Shown: positions 47,963-56,653 of the stretch, one piece after another | How the letters are laid out: every line of letters begins with the position of its first letter | Numbering within the stretch: the first letter of the stretch is position 1 | Assembly: GCA_903908285.1 (NCBI GenBank) | Contig: CAIVRH010000014.1 | Location: 57,991-121,990 of the forward strand | Length of the DNA: 64,000 bases | From: an uncultured candidate division Zixibacteria bacterium | GTDB lineage: Bacteria > Zixibacteria > MSB-5A5 > SM1-73 | Direction: 5' to 3' | Translations under genes and position numbers: made by a program | The notes under the pieces: model-generated | What the model saw: only the letters and a program-made list of their open reading frames with translations | Database searches by the model: none | Told to the model about the DNA's origin: nothing

Positions 47963-49276
47963 ATGAGTAAGAAAGTATACATACAGACCTTTGGCTGCCA
48001 GATGAACGTCTACGATTCGGAACGTTTAATGGGCTTGCTGAATGCCGAAGGACATGCCATAACCAGGAATGAAAAGGAAGCGGACGTCATCGTTTTAAAC
48101 ACCTGTTCGGTCAGGGAAAAGGCGGAAAGGCGGGCTTTGGGTCGACTTTCGGATTTTTATCGATACAAGCAGAACAATCCTGAGGTTATGCTGGTTGTGG
48201 CTGGATGCATGGCGCAAAGAAAGGGAAAGGATTTACTAAAGGAGCAGCCTTACCTGGATTTAGTTTTGGGTCCGGACCAGATATTTAAACTTCCCCAATT
48301 GATCGGCAATCACCGGATTACCAACCGTGTGGAGACGTACGCTTCGCGGGAGGATTTCGAATCTAAGGACATCTGGGAAAAGGAGATGCTGCCCAAACGA
48401 AAGACCCCCTACACCTCGTTCGTTGCCATCTCCCGGGGATGTGATAATTTTTGTTCCTATTGCGTGGTTCCCTATGTCCGGGGACCGGAAAGAAACCGCC
48501 CATTTGACCAGATAATCCGTGAGGTTCAGCAAATTGCCGAATCAGGAGCTAAGGAAGTATGCTTGTTGGGGCAAAATGTCAACTCCTACCAGTGCAAAGG
48601 AAAGGATTTTGCCGATCTGCTACGAATGGTTAACGACCAGACCAGCATCGATTGGATTCACTTCATGACCTCACATCCCAAGGATTTATCCGGCAAATTG
48701 ATCGATGAAATTGCTTCCCTCCCGAAAGTTTGCGAACATATTCATCTGCCTCTGCAATCGGGTTCCGATAGGATTCTTGAGATTATGAACCGGGGATATA
48801 ATTCCGCGGATTATCTGAAGCGAGTAGAGCGAATCAAAGAGAAAGTTGAAAACGTAAGCCTCACCACCGACTTGATCGTCGGTTTTCCCTCGGAAAGCGA
48901 AGATGATTTCCGGAAGACATTGGAAATGATGGAGAAGGTTGAATTCGATGCTGCTTTCTTGTTTCGCTATTCGGTTAGAGAGGGAACCCAGGCGGCATCT
49001 TTAAAGGACGATGTGCCGGAGGAAGAAAAGCTCAAGCGACTTTATACCCTAATCCATCTGCAAAAAGAGATTTCCAAGAAGAGGAATCAAAGATTTTTAG
49101 GCAAAATCCTGGAGGTTTTAATTGACGGAAAAAGCAGAAGGGATAAAAATAAATGGAAAGGAAAAGCCCGAACCAATCAAACGGTGATCGTCGACTCAAA
49201 AGAGGATATTTTGGGGAAGATCGTCCCTGTGAAAATCAGCGAGGTGGACAGTTTCACACTATTCGGAAAACTGTAA
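47963..49276 (+). CDS. miaB: tRNA-i6A37 methylthiotransferase MiaB (radical SAM MTTase with TRAM domain)
   Basis: KVYIQTFGCQMNVYDSERLMGLL (N-terminal cluster). CDNFCSYCVVPYVRGPERNRP (radical SAM CxxxCxxC). Family-like C-terminus ending FTLFGKL. Confidence 0.85.
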   Translation: MSKKVYIQTFGCQMNVYDSERLMGLLNAEGHAITRNEKEADVIVLNTCSVREKAERRALGRLSDFYRYKQNNPEVMLVVAGCMAQRKGKDLLKEQPYLDLVLGPDQIFKLPQLIGNHRITNRVETYASREDFESKDIWEKEMLPKRKTPYTSFVAISRGCDNFCSYCVVPYVRGPERNRPFDQIIREVQQIAESGAKEVCLLGQNVNSYQCKGKDFADLLRMVNDQTSIDWIHFMTSHPKDLSGKLIDEIASLPKVCEHIHLPLQSGSDRILEIMNRGYNSADYLKRVERIKEKVENVSLTTDLIVGFPSESEDDFRKTLEMMEKVEFDAAFLFRYSVREGTQAASLKDDVPEEEKLKRLYTLIHLQKEISKKRNQRFLGKILEVLIDGKSRRDKNKWKGKARTNQTVIVDSKEDILGKIVPVKISEVDSFTLFGKL

Positions 49277-49334
49277 AAAGTAAACAATACACCGTAAACG
49301 CCATGTGATTACGGCTAGGGGAAACGAGAGTGAT

Positions 49335-50411
49335 ATGCAAAAAATATTCGAAATTGCGGTTAAACCATTGATTGACTATTTCAAAATACGACACTGGGTC
49401 ATCTTTCAGATCGATCCTTTAAGTACAAAATGGAAAATGGCTTATACATCAGGTTTTTCGAAAGATTCAATCCCGCATTTACAGGAATTGAAAGATACGG
49501 CAGATTTCTTTAAACGGATAGTGGATAAAAGAATTCCTCAAATGGTAAACGATATCGCAGAAACCGAAAGGGGATTGTTTCCATTGGTGGAAGTGGAAAA
49601 GGTTAATTCCTTGATTGCCGTTCCTCTCTGCTCTAAAGAAAATTTGTGCGGAATTCTGATCGCATTTAGTCCGGAGAAGTCCAGGTTCAATCAAGAGGAT
49701 GCAAGAATCATCGCTCTCTTTGGCCATCAAATCGTAGAGATGCTGGATTTCTTCTCCCAACTATTAGGTGAAAACACGGATGAGCTGTTGGTTCAAATAT
49801 TGGGGACTTTGGAACTTTTGAATTTCAGGTATAAGAACAGAGAAGTTGTCCCGGCAGCCGAGATTTTATCCGCACATGAGCGTTTTAAGAACAGGATTCT
49901 GTCATCTATAGCCGGTATGGAACCGTGCTATTTGAACCGGGCTCTTAAGCCGGAGATGCCGAAAAACGAACCGATAAAACTGCCCTCAGGAGAGGAGTTG
50001 AATATAGAAGAGGTGATTACCATTCAAGGAAAAAAGAATAACCCTTCCCCTGTCAAAAATATCCTGATCATAGACGACGAGCCGCTGATAACCGAGCTAT
50101 TAGCCAGTATTTTAGAGAGATTAAACTACAAATCCAAAGTAGCTACCTATGGAAAGCAGGGTTTGGAGATGTTTGAGAAGGAAGCTTTTGATCTGGTGAT
50201 AACCGATCTGGGGATGCCGGATATATCAGGCTGGGACGTCTCCAAAATAGTGAAGCAAAAAAAGCCGGAAGTTCCGGTCATAATCATCACCGGTTGGGGA
50301 TTAGATCCGGATCCCAACAAGATGAAGGACTCGAAAGTCGACCAGATCATCACAAAGCCATTCCAGATCGACCAATTGGAAAAGACCATAAGAGACCTAT
50401 TGGAAAAGTGA
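49335..50411 (+). CDS. GAF-domain protein with C-terminal response-regulator receiver (REC) domain
   Basis: C-terminal REC: NILIIDDEPLITELLASIL...FDLVITDLGMPDISGWDV...VIIITGW...QIITKPF (phospho-acceptor Asp in DLVITDLGMP). The N-terminal approximately 200 aa are GAF-like. Confidence 0.65.
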   Translation: MQKIFEIAVKPLIDYFKIRHWVIFQIDPLSTKWKMAYTSGFSKDSIPHLQELKDTADFFKRIVDKRIPQMVNDIAETERGLFPLVEVEKVNSLIAVPLCSKENLCGILIAFSPEKSRFNQEDARIIALFGHQIVEMLDFFSQLLGENTDELLVQILGTLELLNFRYKNREVVPAAEILSAHERFKNRILSSIAGMEPCYLNRALKPEMPKNEPIKLPSGEELNIEEVITIQGKKNNPSPVKNILIIDDEPLITELLASILERLNYKSKVATYGKQGLEMFEKEAFDLVITDLGMPDISGWDVSKIVKQKKPEVPVIIITGWGLDPDPNKMKDSKVDQIITKPFQIDQLEKTIRDLLEK

Positions 50412-50559
50412 GTATTTTTGTTCAAGGGATAGGAAATTTAGTGCGCAGGCTGGTCACCTTGCCCACCATTAAAATAATGCGCCGGGGCTGGGAGCCTCGG
50501 CTACGGAAATGACAGCATTATTAAGATTATCGTGAGTGAAGATTAGAGGGGAGAAAATT

Positions 50560-51528
50560 ATGCTTAGAACCACGGGAGTGGGGAATTACCCCAAAATAAC
50601 TGAGGACAAAACCTGCCTTGGCCTCCGGCAAGCGAGAAATCAATTCGATCAGAAGAAAATCTCCGCTGAGGAACTGGAACAAGCTTATCAAGAGACCATC
50701 AAAAGGGTAATAAGAGAGCAGGAGGAAACGGGTTTGGATTTGATCACTGATGGACAGATCCGCTGGGATGATCCAGTTACACCTTTTGCCAAACACATTC
50801 ATAGCTTTGAAATTGGCGGGCTTCTGAGATTCTTTGATAACAATGTCTATTACCGCCGACCGATCATCAAATCAAAACTGTCTTTTAAGGAATATTTCGT
50901 AGTCGATGAATTTAAATTTGCTAAAGCTTCATCCAAAAAGGAAATCAAACCGGTTATTGTTGGTGCCTTTACCTTTGCTCAATTATCCTTGGATGAATTC
51001 TATCATGACGAGGAGAAGCTGGTTCTCGAATTAGCCGGTATTCTGCACAAAGAAGCGGAAAAGTTGGAACAGGAGGGGGCGAAGATAATTCAGATAGATG
51101 AACCATCCTTATGTTTTTATCCGGAGAAACTCAAGCTGGTGCACGAGTCTTTGAAAATAATCACCCAGGATATAAAAGCTAAGTTTGCCCTGTATCTTTA
51201 TTTCGGATCGATCAGAAAACTTGCCCCCGAATTATTCGATCTTCCGGTGGATATACTGGGTGTGGATGTGGTAAGCAAAAGCGAGAATTTGGATTTGCTA
51301 TTGGAATACGATGGAAAAAAGGAGATCGGTTTAGGTTGTGTGGATGCGCGGGATACCAAGATGGAGACCGAATCTGAGCTTTTGACAATTTTTGAGAAGA
51401 TTACAAAGGTAATCCCTTCAGAGAAAATCTATATTAATCCTTCCTGCGGACTCGAATTCCTCCCGCATGCTGAAGCGCAGAAAAAGCTTAAGAATATGGT
51501 GCAGGCGGTAAGGAAGTTCAACCGATAA
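50560..51528 (+). CDS. Short cobalamin-independent methionine-synthase-like (MetE C-terminal-domain/UroD-fold family) protein
   Basis: MLRTTGVGNYPKITE resembles the MetE LPTTTIGSFPRT motif. Also IQIDEPSL and INPSCGLEFLPH (zinc-ligand region). Length about 320 aa, as in archaeal-type MetE. Confidence 0.55.
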   Translation: MLRTTGVGNYPKITEDKTCLGLRQARNQFDQKKISAEELEQAYQETIKRVIREQEETGLDLITDGQIRWDDPVTPFAKHIHSFEIGGLLRFFDNNVYYRRPIIKSKLSFKEYFVVDEFKFAKASSKKEIKPVIVGAFTFAQLSLDEFYHDEEKLVLELAGILHKEAEKLEQEGAKIIQIDEPSLCFYPEKLKLVHESLKIITQDIKAKFALYLYFGSIRKLAPELFDLPVDILGVDVVSKSENLDLLLEYDGKKEIGLGCVDARDTKMETESELLTIFEKITKVIPSEKIYINPSCGLEFLPHAEAQKKLKNMVQAVRKFNR

Positions 51529-51671
51529 CAGTCAACGGTCATTTGACTCAACTGAGATGAAGCACCCAGAAAGGTGCCCGTCTGGACGGATACAACGGAT
51601 AAAATCTTGAAGATAAACTATGACCGTGAAACTGGTTGTATTTACTTTCGATTAATTCTGCTTAATATGCC

Positions 51672-51699
51672 TTGACAAAGATATTATAAAATATATAAT
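51672..51699 (+). promoter_or_regulatory. Sigma70-type promoter TTGACA-N16-TATAAT upstream of the toxin-antitoxin operon
   Basis: cTTGACAaagatattataaaataTATAATa. Confidence 0.55.
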
Positions 51700-51741
51700 A
51701 TTTTTTAAGATAATAGAATGAGTAAGGAGGTGGAAATTTTT

Positions 51742-51945
51742 ATGATTTCAGTTAAGGAAAAATATGTAGTGGATGAAAAAGGAAAACGGGTAGGAATAAT
51801 GCTCGATATGAAAGAGTACCAGAAGATACTTCTGGCTTTAGAGGAACTTGATTCGATTCGGGCATACGACCGGGCAAAATCATCGAAAGAAAAACCAGTC
51901 CCTTTCAGTCGGGCAGTTATTCAGATAGAGAGAAAACGAAAATGA
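51742..51945 (+). CDS. Type II antitoxin (small, helical; Phd/RelB-like)
   Basis: AAGGAGG Shine-Dalgarno 11 nt upstream. 67 aa. Overlaps the toxin start by 4 nt (ATGA). ELDSIRAYDRAKSSKEKPVPFSRAV is typical of an antitoxin C-terminus. Confidence 0.6.
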   Translation: MISVKEKYVVDEKGKRVGIMLDMKEYQKILLALEELDSIRAYDRAKSSKEKPVPFSRAVIQIERKRK

Positions 51946-52178
51946 GATACTCTCTTTTTATCCTCCCTAGAGCAGTTAAGGAACTAGAGAATCTTGAAAA
52001 AAGGGAATATCAAAAAGTCAAACAAGCCATTTTACAACTCGCTTCTAATTCAAGACCATCCGGCTGCTTGAAATTGACCGGACGCGAGGGGTGGAAAATT
52101 CGAGTGGGTAACTATCGAGTGGTTTACGAGATCAACGATTCAGAAAAGAGACTTATTGTTCTTGACGTTGGACACTGA
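51942..52178 (+). CDS. Type II toxin, RelE/ParE family
   Basis: 78 aa. WKIRVGNYRVVYEINDSEKRLIVLDVGH matches the RelE/ParE C-terminal signature (GNYRIIYxIdDxxkxVyVLrIGHR). Confidence 0.75.
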   Translation: MRYSLFILPRAVKELENLEKREYQKVKQAILQLASNSRPSGCLKLTGREGWKIRVGNYRVVYEINDSEKRLIVLDVGH

Positions 52179-52253
52179 CGGGATGTATATAGATAGGGCG
52201 GGAATTGGTCAGACCATCTCTCGCTTATCACAAGTGCCTAATCCGGTGGAAAT

Positions 52254-52337
52254 GAATTCTTCCTTCATGCTAAAGAACAAAAAAGCTTAAGGATATGGTA
52301 CAGACGGTGAGAGAGTTCAATCGATAGCAGTCAACGG
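52254..52337 (+). repeat. Diverged (about 85% identity) duplicate of the 3' end of the MetE-like gene (copy of 51454..51538, including its stop codon)
   Basis: gaattcttccttcatgctaaagaacaaaaaagcttaaggatatggtacagacggtgagagagttcaatcgatagcagtcaacgg aligns with gaattcctcccgcatgctgaagcgcagaaaaagcttaagaatatggtgcaggcggtaaggaagttcaaccgataacagtcaacgg. Confidence 0.7.
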
Positions 52338-52514
52338 ATGTAACAGATTAAACGGATTAAAACCTTTTGTATAGCTCTTCAGCATTAGTTCTGGGAGAAC
52401 TTCAGGTGAATCCTCCAGGATGAACGCTTACCCTGGAATCATAATTGCTTCGGGGTTAGATTATCCCGCAACGATTAGTGACCTACTCATATTCCATAAT
52501 CTTTAGAATCCCCC

Positions 52515-53504
52515 TCACCCTGCCCTCTCCCCTTGGGGAGAGGGATTTTTGACCAACATCGCTGCACCGATAAAGCCGGCATCGTTACCCAATTTGGCTT
52601 TAACGACTTTCAGGTTTTTTGTGGCAGAGGGAAAAGCCCTTCTTTTCACTTCTTTTTCGATTCGACGAATGAAGCTTTCTCCACCCTGAGACACTCCTCC
52701 GCCAACTACCACTATCTGCGGGTTCAAAAGATTAACCGCGCTGGCAATGCCCGCCCCTAAATAGATACAGGCTTGGTTGATTACTTCAGTAGCAAAAATG
52801 TCACCCTTATTTTCGGCCTTAAAGATGATTTCTGTGGTTAGTAGATTCAAATCCCCTTTAATTAATCTATGGATAATGGATTTTTTGTTACTTAGAAGAA
52901 GCTCTTTAGTATCTTTTACAATGGCGGGTGCCGAAGCATACATTTCCAGGCAGCCGATGCCGCCACAATTGCATTTTCTCCCCTCGTAGCAGATAGTCAT
53001 GTGTCCCAATTCCGCTCCCGCATAATCCGACCCGTGAAATAATTCCCCATTTAAAATTATCCCACCGCCGATTCCTGTACCCAAAGTCAAGCAGAGAACG
53101 TCCCGGTATCCTTTCGCCGCACCGAATTTATGCTCCGCCAAAGCCATGACATTGGCGTCATTATCCGCATAAATGGGAGAATCAAAATAGACGGAGAGCC
53201 ATTTCTTAAGATTTACATTCAACATCTGGGGAAGATTGGGACAGGAGCCTTCGATTTTACCGGTCAAAAGGTTCACCGTCCCGGGTGAACCTACTCCGAT
53301 CCCCCCTATGTTGATCTTATTCTTTTTGGCAAGGGCTAACGTTTGTTCGATGGCCTTAATTATGTTACCCAGGATGGCATCCCGACCCAGATGCGTTTGC
53401 GCCGGCAATAAGCCCTTGTGGATAATCTCCCCCTTTGCAGATACAATGCCGAATTTGATGTTGGTCCCCCCCAAATCGACACCAATGTAATAATCTTTGA
53501 TCAT
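52515..53504 (-). CDS. ROK-family sugar kinase (glucokinase-like)
   Basis: N-terminal YIGVDLGGTNIKFGIV ATP-binding motif. ROK zinc motif CNCGGIGCLEMYAS. Also GTGIGGGIILNGELFHG. Confidence 0.8.
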   Translation of the reverse strand: MIKDYYIGVDLGGTNIKFGIVSAKGEIIHKGLLPAQTHLGRDAILGNIIKAIEQTLALAKKNKINIGGIGVGSPGTVNLLTGKIEGSCPNLPQMLNVNLKKWLSVYFDSPIYADNDANVMALAEHKFGAAKGYRDVLCLTLGTGIGGGIILNGELFHGSDYAGAELGHMTICYEGRKCNCGGIGCLEMYASAPAIVKDTKELLLSNKKSIIHRLIKGDLNLLTTEIIFKAENKGDIFATEVINQACIYLGAGIASAVNLLNPQIVVVGGGVSQGGESFIRRIEKEVKRRAFPSATKNLKVVKAKLGNDAGFIGAAMLVKNPSPQGERAG

Positions 53505-53585
53505 CTGTCTTGTTTTTAAACCTCACCCCCTGATTCCCCCTCTCCACAATTGTGGAGAGGGGGACCAAGGGGGAAAGGTCAAACT

Positions 53586-54782
53586 CTATCTCTTGTTGTA
53601 AGTTTCTATCCCTTTAGCCAAGCATCTCATGGCTTTTTTCAGATCATCCACGTTGAGGACGTAAGCGATGCGGGCTTCGTCCTCGCCTTTACCCGGTGTG
53701 GCATAAAGGCCCGGTCCCGGTGCGATCATGGTGGTTTCACCATCTAAATTGAAATCGGTCAGCATCCAGCGCGCAAAATCTTCGATGTCTTTCACCGGAA
53801 GCTTAGCCATGATGTAGAAGGCACCGCTGGGTTTAAGGCACACCACTCCCGGAATCTTCATCAATTCGTCATAGACGGTATCTCTCCGTCTCTTGTATTC
53901 CGCCGCAATTTTCTCGAAATAATCATCCTGGATAACCAAAGCTGCGGTTGCTCCAACCTGCTCTATGGTGGGAGAGCATAATCTGGACTGAGCCAGCTTC
54001 AAAACCGCCGCCATCACCTCATCATTTTTGGAGACTAAGCAACCGACTCGAGCCCCGCAGGCGCTGTATCTTTTGGACATTGAATCCAAAAGTATGGCCC
54101 GATCCTCTACCCCCGGGATATGCATGATACTGGTGTGTTTTCCCTCATAGATGAACTCGCGGTAGACCTCATCGGACAAAACAAAGAGATCGTGCTCCTG
54201 GCAGATCCGGGCGATCATCTCCATCTCCTGGCGGGTGTACACTGTGCCGGTGGGATTATTAGGAGAGCAGATCGATATAGCCCGGGTTTTGGCAGTGATC
54301 TTCTCCACTATCTTCTCTTGGGGGGGCAGGTGAAAGCCATTCTCCGCCTGGAGGGTTATGGGGACTAATTGCATATCCGCCATTTTGGCAAAACTGTTGT
54401 AGTTGTTATAGAACGGCTCGAATATGATGATCTCATCTCCCACATCCGCCACGCAGATCATGGAAAAGATCATGGCTTCGCTCCCTCCGGTGGTCACCTG
54501 GATGTTCTTTTCCTCCACCAGGATGTTTCTCCTTTTGTAATACTGCACCAAGCCGGTAATGAATTTCTGCAATCCCTTGGAATTGCCGTAAGCTAAAACC
54601 TCTTCATTGAAATTGCGGACAGCATCCATGAACTCATGGGGGGTGGGGATATCCGGTTGTCCTATGTTCAAATGATATATCTTAATACCTTTCTTTTTTG
54701 CCGCATCAGCCAAGGGGACCAGTTTCCTTATGGGTGATGCCGGCATCTCTTTTGCTCTTTGCGAAATCTTTGGGGTTGCCAT
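53586..54782 (-). CDS. Pyridoxal-phosphate-dependent aminotransferase, class I (aspartate/aromatic aminotransferase-like)
   Basis: Start at MATPKISQRAKEM after an AAAGGAGA Shine-Dalgarno. ASPIRKL, SPNNPTGTVY, and SMSKRYSACGARVG (PLP lysine). Confidence 0.8.
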   Translation of the reverse strand: MATPKISQRAKEMPASPIRKLVPLADAAKKKGIKIYHLNIGQPDIPTPHEFMDAVRNFNEEVLAYGNSKGLQKFITGLVQYYKRRNILVEEKNIQVTTGGSEAMIFSMICVADVGDEIIIFEPFYNNYNSFAKMADMQLVPITLQAENGFHLPPQEKIVEKITAKTRAISICSPNNPTGTVYTRQEMEMIARICQEHDLFVLSDEVYREFIYEGKHTSIMHIPGVEDRAILLDSMSKRYSACGARVGCLVSKNDEVMAAVLKLAQSRLCSPTIEQVGATAALVIQDDYFEKIAAEYKRRRDTVYDELMKIPGVVCLKPSGAFYIMAKLPVKDIEDFARWMLTDFNLDGETTMIAPGPGLYATPGKGEDEARIAYVLNVDDLKKAMRCLAKGIETYNKR

Positions 54783-55007
54783 TTTATCTCCTTTGTTCAT
54801 GCACAAATTACCCTTTCCTTGAGACAATAAAGCAGATTGAGGGGGGTTTGTCAAATTTAAAATCAGCTTTATGTGCCTGAGCGGTTGGCTTGTATCTTTG
54901 TTACAGCCGTAAAGTAATGACTGTCTGTCTTTTGGTTTTGATACCTGCGGATAAAGCTAATGAACTCCGGCATGTTGTCCAAAAAGTATGTTATTTGAAA
55001 ATATGGC

Positions 55008-55036
55008 TTGACAAAACGCATTATACTATCTATACT
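55008..55036 (+). promoter_or_regulatory. Sigma70-type promoter TTGACA-N17-TATACT
   Basis: cTTGACAaaacgcattatactatcTATACTa, upstream of ATG 55075. Confidence 0.5.
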
Positions 55037-55074
55037 ATAAGTGGAAATTACATTATTTAAACAGGGATTTAGCT

Positions 55075-56226
55075 ATGAGACGGATAATCTTTCTGCTTGT
55101 AATTGTCTTTTTGCTGTGGTGGATCGATCCGGCTTGGGCAGCTGCCTATCAAGCCGGAGATGCCAACGGTGACAGCGTAGTGGACATTGGGGACGTGGTG
55201 TATGAGATCAACTATCTTTTCAGGAGCGGACCCTCGCCGGTGTTCTACGAATGCGGCGATCCTACCGGGGACTGCGTAATCAACGTGGGTGACGTGGTAT
55301 ACCTGATCAACTATCTCTTCAAAGCGGGCACAACCCCGCAGATAGTGGAATGCGGCTGGAGTGAGCCGGTCAACCTGGGATCACCTATCAATAGTACTAG
55401 AGGTGATGGTTCAATATCTTTTTCATTTAACTTTAAGAAACTTGTATTAGTCTCAGACAGAACTGGAACACATGGTGATGAAGACATCTGGTATATTGTG
55501 AGGGATAGTGTATCACAAGCATGGTCACAACCGATAAATTGCGGCAACAACATAAACACGGACATTCGAGATCCGTATCCCTGTATCTCCGGAGACGGGA
55601 ATAAGATTTATTTTCTCTCCTGGAACAGGCCCGGGGGGTATGGAGGGTGGGATATTTGGGTTTCAAGCTGGGACAGCTCTGCCGGAATTTGGGGTGTGCC
55701 CGAGAACCTGGGAGCGAACATTAATTCCGGAGGGGTCTGGACTCCGTTCGTAACCTTGGATGATACCAAGCTGTATTTCTCCTCCACCCGCTATCCGGGG
55801 GGGATATTCGTCTCGGAGAGAAGTGGAGGTGACTGGGGTGTTCCGGTCTGGCTGGGTCCTAACGTGAATATGTATTTTAACGAAGAAGATCCCAGCGTAA
55901 CAGTGGACAACCAGACGCTTTATTTTGTCCGGTGGGACTTGGAAGACTGCGGAGAAGGATTGCCGCACATCTGGGTTTCCTACTGGACCGGGACGGAATG
56001 GGGACCTTCTTATATGCTGCCATCCGGCATAAACTATCCATGTGCCGGCGCATCGGACCCCTGGATAACGCCGGACGGATCCAAGCTTTATTTCAGCGCA
56101 GGAATAAGACCGGGCGATATGGGTTTGGGTGATATTTGGATGTCTGAGCGGATTCCCGTAGAGAAAGGTAAGAGATTCATTAACCGCGATCAGAAAGTAA
56201 TAATAAGCAGTGGAACCGACCGATAG
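55075..56226 (+). CDS. Secreted protein with N-terminal type-I dockerin followed by TolB-like PD40 beta-propeller
   Basis: Signal peptide MRRIIFLLVIVFLLWWIDPAWA. GDANGDSVVDIGDVVYEINYLFRSGPSP...GDPTGDCVINVGDVVYLINYLFKAGTTP. PD40-like repeats (ISGDGNKIYF, TLDDTKLYF, ITPDGSKLYF). Confidence 0.7.
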   Translation: MRRIIFLLVIVFLLWWIDPAWAAAYQAGDANGDSVVDIGDVVYEINYLFRSGPSPVFYECGDPTGDCVINVGDVVYLINYLFKAGTTPQIVECGWSEPVNLGSPINSTRGDGSISFSFNFKKLVLVSDRTGTHGDEDIWYIVRDSVSQAWSQPINCGNNINTDIRDPYPCISGDGNKIYFLSWNRPGGYGGWDIWVSSWDSSAGIWGVPENLGANINSGGVWTPFVTLDDTKLYFSSTRYPGGIFVSERSGGDWGVPVWLGPNVNMYFNEEDPSVTVDNQTLYFVRWDLEDCGEGLPHIWVSYWTGTEWGPSYMLPSGINYPCAGASDPWITPDGSKLYFSAGIRPGDMGLGDIWMSERIPVEKGKRFINRDQKVIISSGTDR

Positions 56227-56447
56227 ATCGGGGCATAGGTCATGAACCCTATGCTTCTGACAATTTAAACAAAGTATTAGAACCCCGCCAGCCAGCGGTT
56301 TTTTTATATCCTTTTTTTCCTTGACAGGAGAGGAGGATTTGGATATACTTAAGCCAAGGTTTTTGAAAATTTCCAAAATCACCAGGGAAAGGAGGAAACC
56401 ATATAATTCGAGTTAAAGGTTTAGTAAGCAAGGTTGAACTTTAGGAT

Positions 56448-56475
56448 TTGACATTCCTGATTCAAAGAGTATAAT
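56448..56475 (+). promoter_or_regulatory. Sigma70-type promoter TTGACA-N16-TATAAT with long (about 180 nt) leader before the wza-like gene
   Basis: gaTTGACAttcctgattcaaagagTATAATac. Confidence 0.55.
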
Positions 56476-56653
56476 ACATTACTGGTTACAAGGAATTACC
56501 AAACCCAACCTTGCAGGGAAATGTAGCATGATTAAATACCAGGTTTTAACATACCAATTGATAGTTCTGATTTTATTAAAATACGCCGAGTTGAGAGGTG
56601 TTTTGTCCTATAACTAACTCGGCTTTTAAATTATCTAAAGAGGAGTTGGAAGT

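Noticed and set aside
52510-52556. Treating the palindrome at the ROK-kinase 3' end as a simple terminator
   Set aside because: The hairpin overlaps the last codons of the ORF and belongs to a recurring motif family (see the GC-rich palindrome finding). It was not annotated as an ordinary terminator feature.
55663-56382. 239-aa minus-strand ORF overlapping the dockerin-PD40 gene
   Set aside because: The sense-strand protein has a clear signal peptide, dockerin and PD40 repeats and a consensus promoter. The antisense ORF is featureless.
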